Of a DNA stretch of 64,000 nucleotides, positions 13,045-25,538 are shown piece after piece; positions within the stretch are counted from its first letter, which is position 1, and each line of letters opens with the position of its first letter. Both the position numbers and the translations under genes were made by a program. Source of the stretch: Octopus vulgaris (taxonomy: Eukaryota); NCBI GenBank assembly GCA_951406725.2, contig OX597828.1, positions 52,018,001 to 52,082,000 of the forward strand. Reading direction: 5' to 3'. The notes under the pieces are model-generated. The model saw only the letters and a program-made list of their open reading frames with translations. It was not told where the DNA came from and did not search any database.

Positions 13045-13239
13045 CTGATGACGGTACTGGTCAAGTGAAAGCACAAATATGAAGAAGTACTTCGTTCCGT
13101 ATTTGTACGGAATGTCATTCAATGACTTCTCCGATTCCGTCGACTATCGCCGGCTTTGTGCCGGAAACATTATCTCTAAAGTAGTCCCATTAACAAGTTT
13201 AATGGTGTGAGACCTCGACAACAATGGCGGTATTCTACT

Positions 13240-13476
13240 TAGGGCGGCGAGCTGGCAGAATCGTTAGCACGCCGGGCGAAATGCGTAACCGTATTTCGTC
13301 TGCTGTTACGTTGTGCGTTCAAATTCCGCCGAGGTCGACTTTGCCTTTCATCCTTTCGGGGTCGATTAAATAAGTACCAGTTACGCACTGGGGTCGATAT
13401 ACTCGATTTAATCTGTTTGTCTGTCCTTGTTCCTCCTCTCTGTGTTTAGCCCCTTGTGGGTAGTAAAGAAATAGGT
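13240..13476 (+). mobile_element. Full-length SINE family B with TSD GGTATTCTACT
   Basis: GGTATTCTACT repeated at both ends; complete head, core and tail. Confidence 0.93.
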
Positions 13477-13670
13477 ATTCTACTGACCCCGTTGTTACAC
13501 TACTCCTGTTTAGCAAAATCTCATCAAGGCAACTGCTTACATTACTATTGTACAATGGGGGGCGGCTGCTCTAACTTCCTGGGAACATAACTCTACATCT
13601 TCAAATCCTCTTGATTGGTTAGCATGATAGATTGTCACACTGATTTCAAGTAAACGTTATTCGTCAATTT

Positions 13671-13906
13671 ACCTATTTCTTTACTACCCACAAGAGGCTA
13701 AACATAAACGGGATAAACAAGGACAGACAAACGGATTAAGTCGATTACATCGACCCCAGTGCGTAAGTGGTACTTAATTTATCGACCCCGAAAGGATGAA
13801 AGGCAAAGTCGACCTCGGCAGAATTTGAACTCAGAACGTAATGGCAGACAGAATACAGCTACGCATTTCGTCCGGTGTGCTAACGTTTCTGCCAGCTCAC
13901 CGCCTT
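13671..13906 (-). mobile_element. Full-length SINE family B with 17-bp TSD
   Basis: TTATTCGTCAATTTACC on both sides. Confidence 0.93.
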
Positions 13907-14119
13907 TATTCGTCAATTTACCGTCAAAACAAGAATGGTCCAATTAAACATTTTGATGATAATATGTTCTATACTATAATTCCTGGTATATTCACATGAT
14001 GTTCCTTCACAATATGCGGATGTTCGACTCTCCGATGACGGGGTGCAACTGTGGTGGCTAATTTGAGCTAAATGTAACCTCAAAACCCAACACAATTTCT
14101 TTTGGGGAAATCTTTCATC

Positions 14120-14540
14120 GTTTACTTGTTGCAGTCATTACACTGCATCCATGTTGGATTACTACCTTCAAAAATTTTTATTCGAATGAATCGATCCCAA
14201 TACGTTTTAACCGGTTTTTTTTTTCAAAGCCTGGTACTTATTCTTTCGGTTTCTTTAACCGAACAACTAAATTACAGGGACGTAAACAAATCAACACCGG
14301 TTGTCAAGAAGTGGTGGAAACACACACACGTGCACGCATACACTCACACACACACACGATCAACTTCTTTCTGTTTCTGTCTACCAAATCTACTCACAAG
14401 GCTTTGATTGGGCCGAAGTCAACTTTGCCTTTCATCCTTTAGGAATCGATAAATTAAGTACCAGTTGCGTACTGGGGTCTATCTATTCCACTGCCCCTCC
14501 CACCAAATTCCAGGCCTTGTGCCTATGTTAGAAAGGATTA
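14120..14540. mobile_element. Diverged SINE-A 3' part (-) fused to a SINE-B core (+)
   Basis: Homology to family A at 14120-14410 and family B at 14410-14540. Confidence 0.7.
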
Positions 14541-15087
14541 TTTATAATGGCTAAATCTGAAAAGAAATGAAAATAAAGTGAATTAGCAGAAATTTAAAGT
14601 GTGTATATATATATATATATATTTAGGCCTCTCTCTGCTATGTGTTGTGTGTATGTGTATGTGTACGTGCGTGTGTGTGCGCGTCAGTGCTTGTGTGTGT
14701 GTATGTAAGTGTAAAATCGAAAACAATAATCAATATTCTGTCAAGGTTTTACCGGAGAATTTTGTGTTACACACGCGCGCACGCACACACGCGCGCGTCA
14801 TAAATTTACATCATATCACAATATTAACAACAGACAATAAAGAAATAAGTAATGACAAATGTCTTTGTGCTATAATCGAATTCCAAATAAACAACAAAAC
14901 GCCGTATATAACATTTGTACATCTCTCTTTTTCTTGCAGGCTTCCACTCGACACACCACAATTTTAACAACAAACAATCATGGACTATATGCTAGCTACA
15001 GAGGCAGTAATTATACCTCGGAGTATTAATACTACCTCTGTCGCTAATATAGACTTTTCTCTCAAGCCCACTGATTAATCTCTCATG

Positions 15088-15396
15088 GTATCTACCGTAT
15101 GGCTTTCTCTAACAGAGGGTAAAAATGTTAAAGACCCCGCTTCGACCATGAATGACCACGGGATTGCACCTAGAAAGTTACGAGTTACACCCTGACGCAC
15201 AAGTCCGGGTGAGGTTGTTTATGGAAGACCAGCAGTCGCCCATTCATACCAGCCTCCGCTCTCCACACCACGAATGTTATCCAAGTGAAAGGCAAACGCT
15301 GATACATCTGTAGAAGACACTTGCCCAAGGTGCCACGCGGTGGGACTGAACCCGGAACCATGTGGCTAGTAAGCAAGCTACTTACCACACAGTCAC
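15088..15396 (-). mobile_element. SINE-A head joined to a different body/tail
   Basis: 15309-15396 is the family A head; 15088-15308 does not match the standard A body. Confidence 0.6.
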
Positions 15397-16622
15397 TCAT
15401 TAATACTGTATCTGTTGCTAATAGATATCTTTTCTCGAGCTGACTGGCTAATCGCGACACCAACGCCTATTCTGGCACTGTTTTTTTTCTATATATTGCT
15501 GGTGGGGAAACGGTTGTGCGCCCATCATTGAGAAAACTAAGGAAGGTAGATATTAACGTGATCTGGTGGTTTCTGCGCTTGAGGCAGCGGGGATTTACCT
15601 CCCTACTAGCGACATAAACAAGAGTGCACTTTGTGCCAAAAGCCAATATGAGATCTTCTCTGGTGGTATCTACCGCAGTAGGGATTCTTAAAGATTACCT
15701 CTCAATAATGAAATAATTTCATCATAATTCTCATTTTATTTATTTCACTCATTAGACTGCAGACATGCAGAGGCGCAACCTTGAAGAATTTTTGGTCGAA
15801 TGAATCGATCCCAGAGCATTTTTCAAAGCCTGGTACACATTCTATGGAGTTCTTTTGCCGAACCGCTAAGTTACGTTGGTGGGGGACAAAGACACAAAGA
15901 CACGCGCACAAGATATGTAGATATACGATAGGATTCTTTCAGTTTTTCTCTACCAAATCCATTCACAATACTTTAATCGGCCCGGGGCTTGCCCACGGTG
16001 CCATGTTGCTTCTAAACAATTGTACGGTTTTACAACAATACAATATTTCATGATAATTGTACTAAAATGATTCTACGGAACAGCATAATTGCCGCCATAC
16101 AGTGCTTTCCTTTACCAGAGCCATTCACAATGTTTCTATCGGCCTGGGGCTTGCACAATGTGTCACGAAATTGCTTCTAAACATAATTGTACGATTCCAT
16201 GACTGTTGTACTAAAATGATGCTACGGAACACAATATTCATGAAATCAACACAAAAGAACTTGATCACTAATAAAAATGTAAGCAAATTCTTTTACAAAT
16301 TATTTTGCCAAGTTTCTTTCGCTTGGAAACTAAAGTGAAGCTATACTCAATCCTTTCTGCTATTGGCACAAGTCCCGAAATATTTGGTGAGGAGGGAGTT
16401 AATAGATTATATCGACCCCAGTGCAAGACTGGTGCTTATTTTATTGACTGTGAAATGAAAAGGCGACCTCGGCGGAATCTGAACTCACAACGTAAAGTCA
16501 GCCAAAATACCACTAAGAATTTAATTCTGTGTGCAAATGATTCTGCCAGTTCTCAGTCTTGCCGTGAAGCATAATTATTGCTTTCAGATTTATATATATA
16601 TATATATCAATATATATATTAT

Positions 16623-16662
<40 letters not shown>

Positions 16663-16667
<5 letters not shown>

Positions 16668-17447
16668 ATTACGTTATATAATTAGGCTTCAGTAAAATAA
16701 TTTACTTTACCACACACCGAACTTTTATTTTAGCTATTTCCGAAATATTTTAGCTATTTCCTCTACTATAAGAAAAGTCTCCCAGACAATGTTTTAAATA
16801 TACCGTAAATGGTCTTTTTACTTACTGAACACTACTTGGTAAAATTGATAATTAATAATTAATTAATTTTACCCTTTTATTATTGATAATATAATTCTCT
16901 CTCCCTGATAATAAACTACAGATCCCTCTGTAGGGACTTGTTGCTCTATAACTCACGTGGTTGGACGAGGGACGTTACAGAGTCTCATTCGTACTTTTTG
17001 AATTCGTTAGTACTAGCGGTCGAAGATGGTTTGTCTGGGATTACTCATATCATACGGGTATGTTCGATTTTTAGTGCTCTCAAATCCAAACCTAAAGAAA
17101 TCTTGGGCTGATGACGGAAATGTTGATCTCTATATCCAACTAATCCAGAAACGGCGTTCTCAAGTAATCGATGTACGTGTGATCTTTCGTTATTTTTGCC
17201 TCTATACCTGCGTGAATTATTTTTGAGTATACATTGTCTGGGAGACTTTTCTTATAGTAGAGGAAATAGCTAAAATTTTTTGGCTGCTATTTCTAAAAGT
17301 TCGGTGTGTGGTAAAGTAAATTATTTTACTGAACCCTAATTATATAACGTAATGTTTCAAATATACCGTAAATGGTCTTTTTACATACTGAACACTACTT
17401 GGTAAAATTGATAATTAATAATTAATTAATTTTACCCTTTTATTATT

Positions 17448-17449
<2 letters not shown>
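16663..17449 (+). mobile_element. ORF-less Penelope-like/retrozyme-like element with direct and inverted terminal repeats, inserted in (TA)n
   Basis: Inverted repeat 16663-16792 vs 17231-17357; direct repeat 16796-16886 vs 17359-17449; internal hammerhead motif; (TA)n on both flanks. Confidence 0.8.
17102..17164 (+). ncRNA. Type I hammerhead ribozyme motif
   Basis: Stem I CUUGGG/CUCAAG; core CUGAUGA 17108-17114; stem II GGA/UCC plus GUUG/CAAC; GAAA 17148-17151; short stem III AC-GGC-GU; predicted cleavage after GUU (17158). Confidence 0.8.
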
Positions 17450-17483
<34 letters not shown>

Positions 17484-17487
<4 letters not shown>

Positions 17488-17882
17488 AAACAAGTCAAGA
17501 TAGAAAATGCTAAAATAATTTTATAAAAAACATTTCAGTACCGGTTTCGGTCATTTTGAGACCTTTTCAACTGTAACGATTAAATAATTAAATTTAGAAA
17601 AATTAAAAGAAAGGTTTTTTTAAAGGAATATTTGTATAGTGTTCAAATATAAGTGGCATTCTGCCTCTCTCTGTCTCCCTTGTTTGCACTTGTATGTTCG
17701 AGGTCGTTGTATATATGTATATATATTCTGCGTGTATGTATAAATATAATCATTTATTTCGCTCAGTATGTTTAGCTGATGAAGGAAAAGTTTTCATTTA
17801 ACTAGACTAGAAATTGATCGTTCCTAAACTTCCTGAATAATTTATGAATTTCTATATGCCCGCTTCCTCGCTTTCAACAAAT

Positions 17883-17890
<8 letters not shown>
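17484..17890. mobile_element. Second Penelope-like pLTR remnant carrying hammerhead-like motifs on both strands
   Basis: Minus-strand minimal hammerhead 17532-17577; truncated plus-strand CTGATGA-AGGAA...TTCCT-GAA at 17776-17837; bounded by (TA)n. Confidence 0.55.
17532..17577 (-). ncRNA. Minimal type I hammerhead variant with U3-A8 core
   Basis: Minus strand reads GUUACAG-UUGAAAA-GGUC(UCAAAAU)GACC-GAAA-CCGG-UA-CUGAAAU: 4-bp stem II, palindromic ACCGGU stem III, 6/7-bp stem I. Confidence 0.7.
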
Positions 17891-17956
<66 letters not shown>

Positions 17957-18088
17957 TGTATGTATGTATAATAATTTATGAATTTCTATATGCCTGTTTC
18001 CTCGCTTTCAACAAATGTGAAATATACATATCTATGTATGTATGTATATATATATATATATATATACATACACACATACATATTTGAA

Positions 18089-18149
<61 letters not shown>

Positions 18150-18643
18150 ATAGAAAGAGAGAGAGAGTGCATGTGATAAAATCCATTATTAGAATATAAA
18201 ACAGTCAAAACCAAACTCTCTGGTTAAAGAAAATATAATTTAAGATTATAAACACCTGCTTTCTTGTTTTATTAATTTCGCCTATTACTTAATGCTTAGG
18301 AATACATTTCTTCGGATAGTTTTATTTATGTGTGTGCGTGTGTGTGTTTAAGAGAAGATATGCGTGTGTGTGTGAGAGAGAGAGAGGGGGGGGAAGAAAG
18401 AAACAGAGAGAGAGGCAGAAAGAGAAAGAGAAACTCACAACATCAAACATTATGAAACCGTAAACCCTAGAAGAGTGTATATAGTTATAAACATGTACTT
18501 TGGTGGGGGGGGGGGGCTTGAATAATGGCCCTCCCCACTTATTAATGCTTCAGATCCCCCCACAGCTGTTATCCCCCTCTCCTTATTGATATAACAGCTG
18601 GAAATCTAATAATTATTGTATTTTACGTTAAAATATATATATA

Positions 18644-19765
18644 CTAGCAAAAATCACCTTCCTGGCGATTTTTGCAAGTCACTTGATATTAATTTCACAT
18701 TTGATTTCCAATTCTTATAATTTTAAAGATAATTTACGTCCAATTATTTCTTTGTATAACAGTACCCATTTGCTTAGTAAGTATTGTTTTCATTATTTTA
18801 TCACAGTCATAATCTCTCTTTTTTAAGCAAACATCAAGGTAGTCCCACTACAGAGGGGAGGCAGTTTGTTAAGTTTAACTTTCCTCTCAAAACAACATAG
18901 AGATTTCAGTTCAGCAGCCCTTCTATACGCTTTGCAGTGTGTGTGTGTGTGTCTGTGTGTTTGAAAGAGAGGGGCAGGAAGAGAGAACATTGCAAACAGT
19001 AAATGAAATATACATGAAATGAGAAAATAGTATAAATAAAAAGACATAACTACACATGTATACACCCTCGACATTGTTGCCTCACAACATCCAGAAAAAT
19101 AGATTCTTTTTAATTAAATTTTCTACAAATACCGCTTAGATGTTGTAGCTTCAGAGTATATAGGGATTTATCAGAAATATTTTTTCGAGGGGGCGGGGAG
19201 AGAAGACTTTGGTAAAATTCACGCGATCCGACGTTTTTCCCTCATAACTTCCAGGAAACTTCCAGGTATTTTTTAATGCAAATTTATACAAATACCTTTC
19301 AAACTACATAAATTACGATTATAAAGAAATTTGTGGGGAAAATCTTTTCCGCGGGTTTGGAAAGAGTAGTTTCTGATCAGGAAGATCAATTAAGTTACAA
19401 CTATGTTTTGACTGGAATTTTCTCCATTTTTTTTTTAAATCACAGCCTTCGAAATGGTGGGGCTGGGGGTATCTTTGTATGAGAAAGTTTTGAAATCTTT
19501 TTTTTAGAACTTCATCTCCCTTATCATCCCACTCCGGATATATTTTGGTCAATTTTTGTTGCACTTTAAAACCATGGGTGTAGCCGTTTCGGTAAGAAAA
19601 AACAGAAAAGAAATTGTTAGAAATTGTTTTCAGAGGGAAATCAGAGTGATTTTATGGGAGATTTGGCTGTCGTTTCTAGCGCATCCCAAGACAACCCTCC
19701 ACGTTTCTCTATCACTATTGATGTTTTTCAATATTTTTCTCCCCATAAATACATTTATATGCTAA
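18644..19765 (-). mobile_element. Probable non-autonomous Helitron-type element (5' boundary uncertain)
   Basis: Terminal CTAG (18644-18647) directly next to hairpin GCAAAAATCACC-TTCCT-GGCGATTTTTGC (18647-18675), inserted in an AT run. Confidence 0.45.
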
Positions 19766-20881
19766 AGAAAAGAAAATTTGAAAACTTATGAAGTTTTTGC
19801 AACCTGCCCCCGGTTGCTTCTGTTTATAGATTAAAATATGGGAAAGCCTGAGAAACTCGTTGCTGGCATTTATCCACAGTGGTTTAAAGAAAAGCTACAT
19901 AAACGATAATTCATTTTAATACCATAATTTTCTGTTAGAAAATGTCTTTTCTTACACACACACACGGCTTCGCTTGCCCGAGGTGCCATGCAGTGGGACT
20001 GAATCCAGAGCTATGCGGTTGGGAAACAGGCTTCTTACCACGCAGCCACGCCTGCGTCTGGTATTACTTGTAATGTTCTGTCTTTCTTTTTTTTTTGTCA
20101 TATCTATATTATATTCCACCAATGGAGCACACGTGTGTTACTTCGGCATCATCATTCTATAAAAGGTGTTTAATAGGAGAAAAATATTGAAAAAAAAAAC
20201 ATCAATATATGTGAGAATGAAAATTTGGGGTGGTTTGGACTGTGCTAGAAACAACAGCTAAACCTCACTTGAATTTTTCACCTTTTCCTCTGAAAATATT
20301 ACAATTTTGTTTTAAACCAAAAAGGCTCCTCCCATGGTTTTTAAGTTAAAATGTATTGGCCACAATCGGTCCGGGTAGTAATTATTGTAAGGCTCATAGC
20401 ATTCCAACCAGCCATAACAACAATATCATTTCTTTATTTTTTTTTAATTATTCCGGTATATTAAAAAATTATTTTTTTATAAAAAATATTCATTTGACAA
20501 ACTCCGGAAACTGAAAATATTCTTGAAATTGTGCTTCGTATCAAAGTTATACAGCTATTTTATCTAATAGCATACATACATTCAACACAAAATCACTTAA
20601 AAATTATACTTGTATAAAAATTATACTTGTATATCAAAAAGTTTTCACTTTACCAAAAATATTCATGTAACAAACTCCAGAAACTGATCATATTCATGAA
20701 ACTGTGCCTCGAATTAAAGTTATATAAATATTAATAAATTATTATTAATGAAAGTAGAGGCGAGAGAGACTGTTGGAAATGAAAACGGAAAATATCGCCT
20801 GCAACGAATTAATATTTTTTATTGTTAAAGCATTAAAATCTTCTCTGAAGTGAATGCAATGAATATTTAATTTTTTGAATA

Positions 20882-21152
20882 ATTGGACGCAGTGAAGGCA
20901 AAAATGTGGTCAATGAAGAGAGTAGAGGTGATACCAATAGTAATTGGTACATTTGGAAGTATCAGCACTCAACTACCTGCATGGCTGAAAAAGACTGGTG
21001 CAAGTGTGAAGGTAGAACACCTACAAAAATCAGCATTGCTTGGAACTGCAAGAATTCTTCGCAGGGCTTTTGAAGCATGTCCAGTAAGTAAACAAGTGTC
21101 ACCTTAGTCTGCTGGCTGTGAGCAGTTGACACAATAAGCTGTGAGTTTTCAT
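20882..21152 (+). mobile_element. R4/Dong-type retrotransposon 3' end (end of restriction-like endonuclease domain plus 3'UTR)
   Basis: WSMKRVEVIPIVIGTFGSI...LQKSALLGTARILRR motif followed by a TAA/TAG tail. Confidence 0.85.
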
Positions 21153-21165
21153 ATAATAATAATAA

Positions 21166-21210
<45 letters not shown>

Positions 21211-21311
21211 GGTCAGCTAGGATACTTAGGCGGGTTCGTGGGATCGAATGTTACTTGTTGTAACATGATACTAGGCATTTTTTCTTTTCTAATAGTATGA
21301 TCTGTTGTGTG

Positions 21312-21313
<2 letters not shown>
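21211..21313 (+). mobile_element. Short 3' end of a second R4/Dong family
   Basis: Homologous to 46138-46240 (GCTAGGATACTTAGGCGGGTTC...TTACTTGTTGTA...TCTGTTGTGTGTAT) followed by (AAT)n. Confidence 0.75.
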
Positions 21314-21376
<63 letters not shown>

Positions 21377-21377
<1 letters not shown>

Positions 21378-21858
21378 TCTGATCTTAACTGATTGGAAGT
21401 TTTAACATGTACATTGTCTTGTCTTAGTGTAAAAGATGGGCTACAGCTTGTCCGTTGTTTGACCTTAACCAATTGAGCATGTCCCTTATTGGCTGACGAT
21501 ATGTGCATCTCTGATCACGAGCAGAAGTAGTGGAGGGGGGGGCATCATAGCCATGTGTTGAGAGGAATTCTTTGGAGTTTGAATAATTCACTTCTGAAAA
21601 CATGGGTGTTTCATTCAACATCCTAAACAACCCTTATTCAGGGACCTTTTTAACAGGATGGGTTACACGACCAGAAGAAATTTCTAACTGGGCCCCACCT
21701 GCAAGGTCATATGCTGTTTATCTTGATATGTCGCGCACATATAGTTGTGATGCATGTGCCTGGTATATCCTTATCAGACGGTTAGTCAAGATGAGTATGC
21801 TGGGCTTTGTATATTTTACCCCAGTGTCACTTTGATGGCATGAACCGCTCTCTCACTC
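21377..21858 (+). mobile_element. TAA-embedded ~555-bp non-coding element (slightly 5'-truncated copy)
   Basis: Colinear with 49217-49771; ends CTCTCTCACTC + AAT tail. Confidence 0.85.
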
Positions 21859-22020
21859 AATATAATAATAACTACAGCAACAATAACTACTACTACTACT
21901 ACTACTACAAATAGAAATCTATTAAAATCTGTATTCAATAATTAAGATAAAAATACCAATTTTCAAACATTTAAATAATTGCTGATGAAACGACTGAAAG
22001 TTCGATTTCACGTTAATGAC

Positions 22021-22255
22021 AAAGAAGAAGAAGAAGAAGAAGAAGAAGAAGAAGAAGAAGAAGAAGGAGAAGGAGAAGGAGAAGAAGAAGAAGAAGGAGG
22101 AGGAGGAGGAGGAGGAGGAGGAGAAGGAGGAGAAGGAGAAAAAGAAGAAGAAGAAGAAGAAGGAGGAGGAGGAGGAGGAGGAGAAGGAGGAAAAAGAAGA
22201 AGAAGAAGAAGGAGGAGGAGGAGGAGGAGGAGGAGGAGAAGGAGAAAAAGAAGAA

Positions 22256-22286
<31 letters not shown>
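22021..22286. repeat. Polypurine (GAA)n/(GGA)n compound repeat
   Basis: Direct reading. Confidence 0.97.
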
Positions 22287-23232
22287 CGGTTATTTCGGGT
22301 GATAATGAAGCAAAAACCCATTTAATGATGGTTTCCTATTTTCATATCAGAAAAATTTTCTTAACCTCATCTTGGAATTAAGATAAATCTAGAATTAGTT
22401 ACTCTTAATAATTCTGTAATAATTATATTTAAGATGCAAAATTACTAATTCTTAAAATAGATTTAAGACTATTTAAAGGCAGAGCTAATGTTTCGAATAA
22501 AAATATGTTCAACCATCGAATGAATTTCAGCGCGCATAAAATAGTCGCCAAAGACCCTCAACTTATATTTGTAGTGTTTTTAAAAGGATGTATAGATTTG
22601 AATACGAGTGTACATGGACTTCCCAGAAACACGGATTATTTATCATTTTTTTTTTCATCACATCCATAAAATAATTCTAAATGCATAATAAAATATAATT
22701 CGGTACGGAGAATTAGCGTTGAAAGGGCAATAACTCTTGAACACTAATGAAAATAGATATACAAAAGTTATTTCCCTTGATAATTTGGTGGTTTCGTTTA
22801 AATCAGATTTGTTTGTGTAAAGCACGATCAGGTTCGATTTTTATACCTGTGAACCAGCCATGTGATACTGATTCTGCGGAATACTCAGTCACTAAAACAT
22901 CCACACGTTGATGGAATGATATCATCAGTTTTACAATTTTATTACAGGCGAAAAGAAAAAGACAGAAAAAAACAGGAAAATGTGAATCACGATTAAAAGG
23001 AAATAGCTAAGATTAGCAAAGATTATTGTTGTTGTTGTTATTGATGAGCTGGAAGAATCGTTAGAAGTATAGCGTCCGTCTTTACGTTCTGAGTTCAATT
23101 TCCGCCTAGGTCGAGTTTGCCTTTCTTCATTTCGGGATCGATAAATTAAGTACCAGTGAAACACTGGAGTGGATGTAATCTACGGGTTCCCCTCCCCACA
23201 AAATATCTGGTCTTGTGCCATTAGTAGAAAGG

Positions 23233-23792
<560 letters not shown>

Positions 23793-23793
23793 T

Positions 23794-24975
23794 AAAGGCG
23801 GCGTCTGGCAGAGTCGTTAGCACGCCGGGTGAAATGCTTAGCGGTATTTCGTCTGCTGCTACGTTCTGAGCTCAAATTCCGCCGAGGTCGACTTTGCCTT
23901 TCATTCTTTGGTAGTCGATAAATTAAGTACCAGTTACGCACTGTGGTCGATGTAATCGACTTAATCCGTTTGTCTGTCCTTGTTTGTCCTCTCTGTGTTT
24001 AGCCCCTTGTGGGCAGTAAAGAATTAGGTATTTCCCCACTTATTCCGTTCTAAGTTCAAATTCCGCCGACATTTACTTTGCTTTTCATACTTTCGGGGGT
24101 CGATAAAATATATATCAGTCGAACACTGGGGTCGAGGTAATCGACTCATCCCCTTCTCTAGAAATGCTGCCCCTGTGGCAAAATTTGAAACAATTATTCA
24201 AGGCCGCAGAGCTGGAGGAAATGCTTAACGGTTTTTCGCCCGTCGCTACATTTTGCGTTCAAATTCCGCCGAGGTCGATCTTCTCTTTCATCCTTTCGGG
24301 GTCAATTAATTAAGTACCTGTTGCGTACTGGGGTCGATATAATCGACTTAATTCGTGTGTCTTTCCAAACAAGGACAGACAAACGGATTAAGTCAATTAC
24401 ACCCACTCCAGTGCGTAACTGGTACTTAATTTATCGACCCCGAATGGATGAAAGGCAAAGTCGACCTCGGCGGAATTTGGACTCAGAACGTAGCGGCAAA
24501 CGAAATACGGCTACGCATTTCGCCCGGCGTGCTAACGTTTCTGCCAGCTCGTCGCCTGAATTGATTAGAAGTAATGAGTCAATGAGCTGTGAGAATCGTT
24601 AGCTACACTGGTCACAATGCTTGGCTGCATTTATTCCAGCTTTTCTTTCTGAGATCAAAGGTGACGTCCGAGGTCACCTTTGCTTTCATTCTTTCGTAGC
24701 CCATAAAATGAGTATAAATTACAATCTTAGCCCCTCGCCTTAAAAACTGGTTGCTTTGTGCTATATTTAGAAAAAATGACAAATATTAAATTATATAATA
24801 TTAAATCATATAATAATGATAAATATTAAATTAAAATTTAGATCAATATACAAATTCATTGATACTGGTTTCAAATTTTCGAGGTGGGGTTTAAGACAAT
24901 TACATCAACCCCGGCTTTCAACTGGTACTTCTTTTATCGACTCCAAAAGGATGAAAGGCAAAGTCGGCCTTGGCG
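23794..24975. mobile_element. Cluster of about six SINE-B copies in both orientations
   Basis: + copies at 23794-24028, 24030-24195, 24200-24355 and 24590-24770; - copies at 24367-24556 and 24865-24975. Confidence 0.85.
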
Positions 24976-25331
24976 TAATAAATTCATTGATCGTAAATGG
25001 TCTTCTGATGTATGTATGATATGGAGTATATTGGCTTGCTATGAGAAACGATAAGTGTACAATCAAATAAGAAACGTTATGAATTTGTTCTATGAAAATG
25101 CAGACAGTGTAATTTCGGTTAAACGTTCATTAAATTACAGATTTAAAGTAATATATGATGTTAGACAAAGGTATATTATATCACGTAGCCTATTAAGCAT
25201 TTCGCTCGGTATGCTAACGTTTCGGCCAGCTTACCGCCTTTTCCTTGCCTCGTTTCCTTGCCTGGGAGAAAACGTTTAGCGGCATTTTTGCGACTGTTAT
25301 GTGTGTGTAAGTATGAATGCATGTGTATAAG

Positions 25332-25413
<82 letters not shown>

Positions 25414-25434
25414 GTGTGTATATATACATGTATG

Positions 25435-25480
<46 letters not shown>

Positions 25481-25485
25481 ACTAT

Positions 25486-25538
<53 letters not shown>

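Noticed and set aside
13045-13075. CTGATGA...GAAA hammerhead-like string
   Set aside because: CTGATGA is part of a SINE TSD; stems I and III do not form.
21982-22010. CTGATGA-AACGACT-GAAA
   Set aside because: No convincing stem II, stem III or stem I.
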